A stretch of 64,000 nt of DNA from positions 53,245-117,244 of the forward strand of contig NMRA01000818.1 in the NCBI GenBank assembly GCA_002633005.1, given 5' to 3'. The notes beneath the pieces were generated by a model. The model made no database searches and was not told the origin of the DNA. It saw only the letters and a list, made by a program, of their open reading frames with translations. Positions 48,375 to 59,400 of this stretch are shown piece by piece (positions within the stretch are counted from its first letter, which is position 1; the number at the start of each line of letters is the position of its first letter). A program made the translations under genes and the position numbers. This stretch comes from Phoronis australis (lineage: Eukaryota; Animalia; Phoronida).

Positions 48375-51300
48375 ATCATTTCAGCCGAACGTCGACAGCT
48401 TTGATAGCCATGATTGACAGGAGGGAACGACACTTATGAGTTGCCTGAAATATGAAGGACACTATGGCTGGGGCTTCTGAACGCTGTATACATCCTTGTG
48501 GATCACTTGGATCAATGGTGATGAACTTATGTTGACAGTTCCCTAACTGTTATTTCAAGTTCTCCGGCAATTGCAACACGTTTACAATGCTTCGTGTAAA
48601 GTTCCAGAATATCTTCTAGAGACGGATGCTCTTCCTCTGTGGCTCAAAGGTCGACCCAACTACCCACAATTCGTGGGAAAGGTGACAGGTAATAAGCCAA
48701 ACATAGTGGTGCAACAGTCTCTCACATCCTTCACCAGACAACCAGAAATGCCGACCAGCTCCACAGGCTGTCGATTGATTGATTGACACTAGTCTAAATT
48801 CTGATTTTTTCATTTGGGTCAAATGTGAAAACTGATTCAGGAATACTTGTTCGCGGGTAGGTCTGTTGTGTTTCCCCAAGGTTTAAAGTTTTTGTTGATG
48901 AGTTTTGTTTGTTGTTTTAAGTTAATAAGTTTATTTCCTTGTTAGTGTAGTTTTATAAAGTTTAACTACTAGACCTGTTACGTACTTTTTTCTTACTTTA
49001 TTTTTTCACCACATATTGGCTCATTTTTTTCCAGCTTTTTTAGTACTGTGCTAAAAATTCCCGAATTTAGCACAGCGAAAAAATAATTATTTTGAACCTG
49101 TCCAAAGTTCACAATTTAAGTGAGGCAGAGCCTATATTGTTCTAGCTGCAAAACACCGCCACGTCGGCTACAAGGGCGTTGGCTTTTTCGACGCTAATAA
49201 TGCTTTAGTATAAAAGCGTTTCATCCCAATAAACTCTACCCTTGCATTTCTGGTACTGCTGTTGTACTTTTTTCTGTCCTCGGCCTGATAGTAGTGCTGT
49301 CCGCCATTGGTACCATTTTATTTTTATGCATGTATGCAGTTTGACATCAATCTCTGCTGCGAGCCCAGGTTCATTTTGCAAATCACAAATAGAATGTTAA
49401 TAGGGAGACATAAAGGTATATTTACAACGTGAGCATTTTTAGTTTAGTTTACCGGCCATCCTAGGTTTTTTCTTTCTTTGATTATTAGACTTATTGTACA
49501 AACTTGTCTCATTTGATGGGACTATTCGTCTATTAACCCTTGTTAAGGTAGAGAGGGAGAAATAGTTATAGTTCCAAGTTTTTCAGTCAATACTTAGGAG
49601 CAGTTCAGTTTTTCACATTCACTCCTCACTAGTTCTTTTCCAATGAGTTTGTTCTGTCTTTTTTATTTAGTGAGGTGAGTGTTGTGAACGCAGGTAGGTG
49701 TTTGCTATCTCATCTCGATGTCGTCTGTCCTTGTTCATCTGAGTGTTTTTGGTGGACCGGATATAGGATTTAGATAGTATCATGTGAATAGGGAACTCTG
49801 GGAACTGCTGGAAGAGACTTGACGTGGCTGTCTGGCATTTATATTGAAGTTACAAGAATGTAAAGGAATAAATATTTATATTAGCACTGTAAAACTTTGC
49901 TCGTTGCTGACTACAACAGTTTTGACCAAAGCTGATTCTTCCCATTCAATCATTTCAGCCGCTCATCGACACCTTTGACAGCCATGTTTGCCAGGAGTGT
50001 ACGCTACTTTTGAGATGCCTGAAGAACCCAGCCAGGTACTATAGATGGATGAATGAGGAACTTAACTTTTGATCTTTTTCTCCTAGAGAGTAAAAGTAGG
50101 GTTGGTTAATTTTTCAATCTAAAATATCACGCCCATGTCGTCCACAGCAGTGTATAACAAAAAGTCACCAAAGTGTAATAACAAAACGCATGTTTGTCCC
50201 TTTGCTGGTTGTGCCACTGTGACCACCCGGGTGGATCAACATTACAAACAAAACAAGGACGGCCGAGTACACTGAGCCTTTTTGGAGGGCTGTGATCCCA
50301 ATAGAGAAGGACAGCTTGTCAAAAGTCTTTGATGACTGAGCATTTGACTGCTTAACTGTTTACTTTAAACCATCAAGACAGCAAATGATATTTTATACCA
50401 GAAAAGGCATGGTGACAACATTCACAATATTTGATATGAGGGACCGTTCATCAAAAAGTAATCAACAAGTCATGAGGACAAAAACGCAGCGAAAAGACGA
50501 TGGCTGCACATCACAGCGGTAATGAGGCGTTTGTGTGACAGTTCACCAAAGAAGGTTGGCGTTCTCTCAAGGGCATAAGGAAACTGAGAATTTGGGAATT
50601 GTCACAAAAAGTTTTCAGAGTAAGAAACCTTATGAAGTTTAATCACGATGTATTTCATTTCTGTTAAAGGAACCTGTGCCTGAAGAAGTCACCAAAAGGA
50701 TACAAAGGCAGTGCCAGGAATGGTACAATGGTCGTGTGTGAGTAGTTGACAACCTAACGGCTTATGTTTATTATGTTTAACCATCCAGACAGCCAATGAT
50801 TAAATTTTATAGCAAACATCAATGACAACACTCAAAATATTTGATAACTGAGTCTGTCGAACAAAAGGTTGTACTTTCTTTGATATCAGAAACTGGTCAA
50901 TTCTTTCAGTGGTGACTTAAAAGACTGGGTCATCGGGACAGAGACGCGGCGAAAAAACAATGGCCGCCCATCACAGTGGCATAAAGGCGATTGTGTGCCA
51001 ATTTTCAAAGGAAGATTTGGTTGCTCTCAAGGGCATAGCGAAATCGAGTGGCGCTATTGAGCTTATGCAGGAAAATGGAAAGACGCAAGTCATCAAATTA
51101 ACCACAACATTTTCTCAGTCAAGTCACAAATATCTTTTAAAGAATAAGTTGAGCAATATTTTCAGTCCTGATAACAAAAGTTCTGTTTATTTTACGTTCA
51201 TTTTGGTGACATAATAAACTGCAATGGCTAATGAAGGTTCAGACAGTGGAGTTGTAATTTGAATATTACACCCTGATAACAATGACTAAACCTTTTGTAT

Positions 51301-52229
51301 TTTAGTTCAGAAACCATCAAGAGTTACTTGCATTATACTCAAAAGCTCTTGGAATTTCCGGGTAACAGTCCCCGCTGGTTACGGCGTTTAAACATGCGAG
51401 TGACGGACATGAAAAGGCTCTATGCCTATGTTAAAAAGTGCGCTATGAGTCTGACCAAGAATGTTTAGGCCGAGAAGATGAAAAGGTAAGACCAGTTTCA
51501 CATGGAACAGTGTCCTATAAATTATAGTTTCCTGTGAAATTTTACAGTTGATTTTTTCCATTTGTTTATAAGCTTTTGAAGCCTATGAATCAAAAATTCA
51601 CTTTGAACTCTTTGCAAAAAAGGCCAGATGCGTACTGTTCAGCCATAGACCTTACTCAGTGACAATTAAGTCATCTGAAATAATGATGCATGTACTTAAT
51701 GTCATCACTTTTTCAGTGACCTAGTCTCCCTGCCCCAAGGGATCCAGCGGTGGCAGGTGAAGCTATACCTGAATAGTGCTTATCATGCAGACCACAGGAA
51801 GTTCAAGAACCTGGTGCGCAGAAGAAATGCTCTCTGCCTATTCCTCCAACTAACCAATGCTCAGAGAGCGGGTGACATCACCAACTTGGAGATGGAGAGC
51901 ATTCGCACTGCTGCAGAACCATTAGTGGGCCATCAGTATGAGTACCACGTATGTTTTTTTCGATGAAATGAAGGTCAGTACAAGAGGCCTGAATCAATGC
52001 TCATCTATCAGTTGTATTTGAGAGGAAATCTGTTGCAATATTTTTACTCTACCTTCAGCGAATGCATAACATAAGTGGTTGTGAGACTTAAAACTCAATA
52101 ACATAAAATTTTTTCTCTGATTTCAGTGAATGTATGACTTTAGCAAAAGGCGGGAAATGAACTCAATAGTACTCTTTTTTTCCAGTTATCCCATCATAAA
52201 ACGGCAGGTCTGAAATCAACAATCTTTGT
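48375..52229 (+). pseudogene. ZF-recombinase gene, copy C and upstream exon remnants (inverted relative to the left array)
   Basis: Exon homologues at ~48385, ~49958, 50187-50340 (HVCPFAGCATVTTRVDQH), 50910-51084, 51306-51485 (SETIKSYLHYTQK..), 51717-51948 (NAQRAGDITNL) and 52186-52229 (LSHHKT). Confidence 0.7.
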
Positions 52230-53244
52230 GAGAACTCCCTGTCTATCTTCAGGAACCTCAACCTGAACCGGCAAACCCGTGGGAGTGTATAGCTGAGCAC
52301 TCCAGTTTCGGAACTGGCGTAAGCCATCAAAATCCACGGTCATTGGCAACCACATATCCTTAACATGGGAACTGTGGTAACTCTGCATGTGGTGCAACAA
52401 TATCTGTTTATGAGAGTACAGTTGGTGCCACAGGTTCAAACTCTCTACTTCGAACTACCGATGAGAGGTCCAGCCCATCTGGGGCCTGTCAAGTGCGAGC
52501 TACGCGTGATACCAGTGTGGTACCCTCAACATCAAGTGTACCCGAAGTATAAGCAGAGCGCGTCACCGATTTCCATCATTTGGCAAGGCGAGTCCAAGAC
52601 ACACCCGCTGAGTGCCCCCTCAATGTGGTGCCCCTTAATGCAGGGGAGGATGTGGAACTTGTCGAGGATCCTGTGGGTAATCGGGTGGTTTCTGGCGGCA
52701 GTACAGTCATGTATCCTGCCAACAGATTCGATTACCCTCAGTGCTTAGAATTCTTCTAGAGCCCCATGCCACTCTACAAACATTTGAGGATACGTCATTA
52801 TAACACCGAGTATCGTCTCAAATGTGGCAAATGCCAAATCGACTATCCTTGTCTCTCCATTGCCCACCATTACGCAAAGTGCAAAGGACCGATTGACAAT
52901 CTAGCAATTCCAGGACGATTCAAGTGCTCCACATACCCCTTCTCTTGTCCTTCTAGGACAGGCTTTAGCCAACACGAACGACATAGGCACCCTATTCTAA
53001 GTAACGAGGGGAGAATAGCGAGAGCAAGGGTTGATGTGGAGAGAAAACGAACCGAGCGAACGCTGGCTCTTCTGGAGAAAGGGGGCACTGCTAGGAAGTC
53101 AGTGTGTTGACTTCTTCAATTGACCAGACTATCAGACTTCTATTTGCGTGCAATGCGAGAAGGCAAGAAACATTGGTGTCAAGCTCTGGTGGCGCAGGGC
53201 CTCTTGCCAGGAAAAACATCTACGCAGCTCTCTAGTAAGATCTC
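52230..53244 (+). mobile_element. R2 N-terminal fragment (ZF1-3 + Myb) embedded between recombinase copies C and B
   Basis: Encodes HLRIRH, CGKC..HYAKC, PFSCPSRTGFSQHERHRHP and ..GKTSTQLSSKIS. It has a 28-bp micro-inversion at ~53102-53129. Confidence 0.92.
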
Positions 53245-55999
53245 AAATGAGGTAAGAAAGAAATGAAAAAGTTGAGATGGGGTTCATTAGAAAAATTCAA
53301 ATACATAACACCAATATTACAACGAACAACAAACAATTTATTGATCTCAACCTAATCCTTTTTTTAAACTTCGATGTCTATTCTTGAAAAAAAGCTTTAT
53401 TAATGAAACCATTGATGGAAATATTTGTAAAGCAGTCAGTCTTTTCTCAGAATCATTTGGATTTAGTGAAACGTATCATCTGGATCAAATTAACATCTTA
53501 CGAAAAAGCTACCTCCCTTCGATACAATAATACTTGAAATGTTACATTTCAGACTACGAAAAGTTACCTTTAAAGTTACTAAAATGTCATACAAAATGTA
53601 ACACGACACATGAAGTTGTACTAAACTGGCTCTCACCAAATTAAATGCTTTTCTGTTTGCAGCTATCTTCACAACTACCAGACTTTCCGTCGTCTGAATC
53701 TGAATCAGTAAGTTAAAACTAAAGCCATACCAAAAGTAAAAATTTGTTAAAACATAACATTTCAGGACGCCTTTAAGTGAATGCCATGCATGTTAAGACA
53801 TTGACATCAATTTGTGAATGGTCACAAAAATTTCAGAGTAAGAAATTTAATCACGATGTATTTCATTTCTTTTAAAGGAACCTGTGCCAGATAAAAAAAA
53901 CAAAAAGAAAGCAAAGGCAGTGCCAGGAATGTGGCACAATGTTCATGAACTTAAAGCGACACGTAGAAACCATCCATGGTAGCGTATACCTAAAAAAGCT
54001 ACCAAAGTCCAGCAGCAAAAGGCATGTGTGTCCTTTTGCTGGTTGCACAACGGTAACAACCAGAGTGGACCAGCACCTTCAAACCAAACACGCCTTGAAG
54101 AAGGGGACACCGGAGTATACCAACATGCTCAAGAGAGCTGTGCTGGCCCCCGTGACCATGGAAATCGACAGTTTTTCAAAAGTCCTGGAGGACTACGTGT
54201 GAGTAGTTGACAACCTAACAATCCAGACAGCCAATGATTAAACCTTATATCAAACATCAATGACAACATTCAAAATATTTGATAACTGAGTCTGTTGATC
54301 AAAAGGTTGTACTTTCTTTGATATCAAAAACTGGTCGATTCTTTCAGTGGTGACTTAAAAGACCGTGGCTCGTCTGGGCAAAGACGCGGCGAAAAGACAA
54401 TGGCCGCCCACCGGAGCGGGATAAAGGCCATTGTGCGACAGTTTTCAGAGAAGGGTTTGATGGCCCTCGAGGGCATAGGTGAACCAGGAGGCACAATTAA
54501 GATAATGCAACAGAATGGAAAGACGTAAGTCATCAAATTTACCAAAAAATTCAAGTCACAAATATCTTTTAAAAAATAAGTTAAACTATGTTTTAGTCTT
54601 GATGAAAAATAGTTCTGTATTATTTTACATTTGGTGACATCAAAATAAACTGCAACAGGTAATGAAGGTTCAGACAGTGAATCCTAATTTGAATATTACA
54701 CCCTGATAACAATGACTAAACCTTTTGTATTTTAGCTCAAAAACAATCAAGATTTACCTTCATTATACTGCGCCATCTAAATGTGAGAGTAGGCGACATG
54801 AAAAGACTGTACGTGTATATTAAAAATTGTGCTGTTAGTCTCACAAAGGATGTCCAGGCTGAGAAAATGAAAAGGTAAGACCAGTTTCACGTGGAACACT
54901 GTCCTATAAACTATAGTTTCCTATGAAATTTTACAGTTGATTTTTTCCATTTGCTAAATAAATAAGCTTTTGAAGGCTATGAATAAAAAATTTACTTCGA
55001 ACGCTTTGTAGAGTCGCAAAAAGGCCAGATGCCGACTGTTCAGCCATAGACCTTACTCAGTGACAAAATGGCCTTTGCATGGCAATTTAGTCATCTGAAA
55101 TGATGGTGCATGTACTAAATGTCATCACTATTTCAGCGACCTAATCTCCCAGCCCCAAGGTGTCCAACGATGGCAAGTAAAGATGTACCTCAATAGCCGT
55201 TATCATTCCGACCACCGCAACTCCCACAACCTCGTGCACAGAAGGAATGCTCTCTGTCTCTTCTTGCAAGTCAACAATGCCAAAAGAGCAGGCGACATTA
55301 CCAACCTAGAGATAGAGAGTATTCACAATGCTACAAGTCCTATAGTGGGCCATCAGTACAAGTACCACGTATGTTTTTTCTAGTTGAAGAAATGAGGGCC
55401 AGTACAAGAAGCCTGAATCCATGCTCATCACGCTATTAGTTGTATTTGAGAAGAAATCTGTTGCAATAATTTTACTCTACCCTCAGAGAATGCATAACAT
55501 TAGTGGTTGAGAAACTTAAACTCAATAAAATGTAATATTTTTACTCTGATGTTAGTGAATGTATGACTTTAGCAAAATGCGCAAAATGAACTCAACAGTA
55601 CTCTTTTTTTCCAGTTATCCCATCATAAAACGGCAGCCGCATGTCTGAAATCAACAATCTTTGTTCCCACCGAGGTTCATGAACAGCTATTGAACTTCAT
55701 AGAATGCACAAGAAACTTAAATAACGAGGGTCGCTATGTATTTATGTCGCACAAAAACGGAGGCAAGATCGACTCCTCGGTAAGTTTTCCAGTTTTCTAT
55801 GTGTTTGTTTGTTTTGTTCTCATTTTCCTCACCTGTTCTCTCCATTTTCCACGCTTCCAATTGATAAAATCAATGCCTTACAATTATATCGGTTACCTAT
55901 TACAGAATTACAGCAAAATACAACACGCCGAGTGGGACGGCTTTGGAAAAACACTGACTGATGAGGAACGCCAATTCAAGCTATGTCCAAAGCTCACAG
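53245..55999 (+). pseudogene. ZF-recombinase (Crypton-like) gene, copy B, most complete in window
   Basis: Exons 53663-53707, 53878-54198 (+1 A), 54348-54524, 54736-54874 (deletion), 55137-55368 (NAKRAGDITNL), 55615-55779 (HHKT..YVFMSHKNGGKIDSS) and 55906-55999. It is the inverted homologue of 1745-4296. C-terminal HxxR/H/Y exons were not seen. Confidence 0.72.
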
Positions 56000-56321
56000 G
56001 TGAGATTTGGCACTCTGTTGCACCAAAGTGGGCAAATACCAATCTTAAAAATGGAAAATGTGTTTTCAAGTAACGATAGCAGAATATGCTAAGATGCCAT
56101 AACTTAGAAAATTGTACAGACATCTTTTCAGACTGTACAGTCATGAGCCTGCTCCGTGCCATTTGATCAATTGACCTTACGTCAGAAAATGAATGACAGG
56201 TGTGATTGACCAATCAGAATGCTGCATTCCGCACACTCCAGACTAGTTCAAGTCGCCATCTTGTCTGACAAACATTAGCGGCTGTTGGACAAAACACGTT
56301 CAACTACAATGTACTTTTGAA

Positions 56322-56453
56322 ATGGCCAAGAGGTGTTGTTGCGGTGTGTGTAATTCAGACAGTCGTTATACTGACAGAAATGAAAGTCCTGTCAATTTTT
56401 TACCTATTCCAAAGCCTAAAATTGACGCAATGAGCAAACGGTGGATTAATTAA
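56322..56453 (+). mobile_element. THAP-domain start of an ISL2EU/Harbinger-type transposase, truncated
   Basis: MAKRCCCGVCNSDSRYTDRNESPVNFLPIPKPK..KRWIN* matches the C-x4-C-NSDSRY..F.PFPKP..RWI THAP pattern. Confidence 0.7.
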
Positions 56454-59400
56454 ACTGCCGTGTGTACTCCTGCACGAGCAGCCTAACCTGTCAACATAGT
56501 TTGACCACTCGAGAGCTTTACACAAGTATGCGATCACTTTCTGGTTCATATACATGACAACCATTTCCATTACTCTGAAGAAAACTAGTTGAAATATAGT
56601 CAAAATGCATTGCAAGCCTACCTACTGACCTATTAGAGGCTCTTACATCTATACTGACCTTCGTAACTCCTCAGTCCTGTCCCTGCCAAGCAAGGCTCGT
56701 GATGTGTTATTATCTCGACAAAGATTGCCAGTCAAAGCCAAAGCGAAGGATTGAAAACATTATTATGAACATGGAAGAAAATGTACATTAATTACTGAAA
56801 ACACGTAGCATTTTTGTGCTACTCCGTGGCACTACAGAAACGGCAAGCACAAACTGAGCAAATATGCAGTGCCTGTATTAGTGGTTGACATGTACGTAGT
56901 ATATAACTCGGATACAAAACAACAGATAGGCAACATTCCGCAGTCTGCAAGTGTGCTTTGTTTAGTCTGTCGTCGGAGGTCATAATCACAGTCACCACTC
57001 AAGTACTGACCGGGTTAGGCTGGTGTTCATCAAAATCACTACCTTTGAAATGTTAATTTGAATGGTTACAGTAACTCCAAATTTCGACTTGTTACGTGTG
57101 TCTGTCACGGCATGGGCTCGACCATCGGCGATGACTGGACACGAAATTCTCGGCTAAACTGTTACAGTTACAGCTCAGTTGGTTTCTTGATCCCCTAAAT
57201 ATGTTAGTAAAATGTTCATTTTGCTTTGAGGGAAGAATTGTTATTCATTATGGATTTTTACTATTACTTTTAACTGCATTCGTGCAGTGACTTTAACTCT
57301 ATGGGCCTCGTCGGATTTGCGTTGACTTCTGAAATATCCGCGGGCGGTTTACATGTACGCCAGGTGTTCTCGACGTAAATCTTCACCCCGTTCCTGTAGT
57401 GAGATTCATAGGGAAGATAATTACCAAAGTATGCGTGAATATCAGTTAGCACACCGGTCTTGCTTGACGAAGCCGTTCTCTGATGTCGGACTTTCGCATC
57501 ACATCATAGGCAGAGCGATCTGCTGGCGTAAGGTCAATTGTTACACTGAAGTGACACAAGCTCGCATGCCATTTTCTTCACCTGCATATGCCAAGTGAAA
57601 TGTTTCTATGGACATTTCAAGATTTCCCACTTTGCATGTTGAATGTCACTTTCCAGTTGATTCCACAAAGAGCAACGCTGGAAAGATTAGGCACTTTTAT
57701 GATGCATAAAACATTAAATTTATCTATTTCCCTGTGATAGTTGATGAAGCTCGCTATATTTTTATTTGTGTGGTCATTAGTGTTGGTTTTTATTTTCAGT
57801 GGCAAAAGCTGGACTGATTTTTTGATTTCAGGATAGCAGTAGCAATGAAGATAAGACGACTGAAGCAATCCTAGAAAGTGATGCACAGACTAAAAAAAAA
57901 ACAAAGAAGGGAAAGACCACTGACACATACTATGACAAGAAATCGCAAAAACGACATGGGGAGCTGGTTGCAAGAAAAACTTGTGACAGTAACTGCAATC
58001 TTTATTTGCTGCAGACAGGCTAGTGGTTGTGTTTGTGTTTGATAGGTAGTTGAAAGATCCTTTCAAATTTTATTTGCAAAATGTTTTACATTTTATTTGC
58101 TTTCAGTTGTAAAAACCAAATCAACAAAACAGTATTCATTCAAGTGAAATAATTTCATCAAAAATCAACTTTTAAGGTTTTTTAAAACTCTTCGACTCGT
58201 AAGAAGGAAAACCTGAAGAACGTTCCTTAGTAGAAAGGAATTAATCAAGAAATATGCTTTATGTATAAATATACACAAATGTATGTACATATATGGACAA
58301 CAAGACACAAATGGGCAACTTCTTTTTCCTCAGTGATAAATCCTAAGTGTTTTTGCCTTACTGTCTTGCATTGATGTGTTATATATTTTTATAGTTGGAA
58401 ACTTTTTTGCATTTCAGGATGGTAGTGATGAAGGATTGCAAAAAAAGTCGAAACATAGGGAAGTAAAAATGATGGATAAGCGATTGGAGATAGGATTGAG
58501 CACCAGACTTAAGAGATTCTCATAAGGATTGACCGAGTTGAAAAACAAGTTGATTTTCATGAAATCATGTAGCATTTCAGTAACCTTTCGAACGGCTAAC
58601 TCATGCTAACTCAAACACCGCTAGAGTGCTGCATGCAAACGGCATTTTGGTATTATTTAAATATCGTCCTGTTACAATATTAGGCAGAAAACAAAATATG
58701 GCAAGAATGTTCACTTTATGTCACAATACACAGTATGAACACTCTAGCATAATTACTGTCTATGTGATTCAACATTCCTATTAAGTGGCATCTCACCATT
58801 AAGGGCCTGTGTATGAATAGCCTTAAAAGTTTGGCTCAGTTGTTGTCGTTTTTATGCTGCAATCTAGTGTTGTTTTTGTTTTCCACTTGTTCTAATTTTG
58901 GCCCTAAACTAGAATTATGTGTTTGTTCCTGTGTTTAAAACAGCAGCTTTGTTGCTGACTTGGCATATGCAGACAACTTGAGTCGTTTCACCATCAAGAT
59001 ATATAATGGACCTTAAGTATGAGTGAAAAACCATTGTCTTCAATCTGAAGGGACAACACGTTCCTTAATCATCAGTTTGTGCGCTCCGTTCGTCCTGAAT
59101 GGGAGAATATGCAAAATATCTGAATCAAATTCAATTTACGGAGGGGAATAGTGGTTATCAATCCTAAGAGCTCAATTTAATTCAAAGCTTTAACGTTATT
59201 ATCTCGAACCTTATTTAGTGGCCTCCATTCTAACTCGTATATCAAAAAACTAAGCTTTGTCAACTATTAAAGGTTTTTTATTTTCTGAAAGAAAAAGATC
59301 CAGAAATTTACAGATACTTATTGTATTTATGTACCATTATTATTTTTACGTAAAAATCTTTATTAAGTCAAAATTTCAATTTTAAGAAAGGTACATTCAT

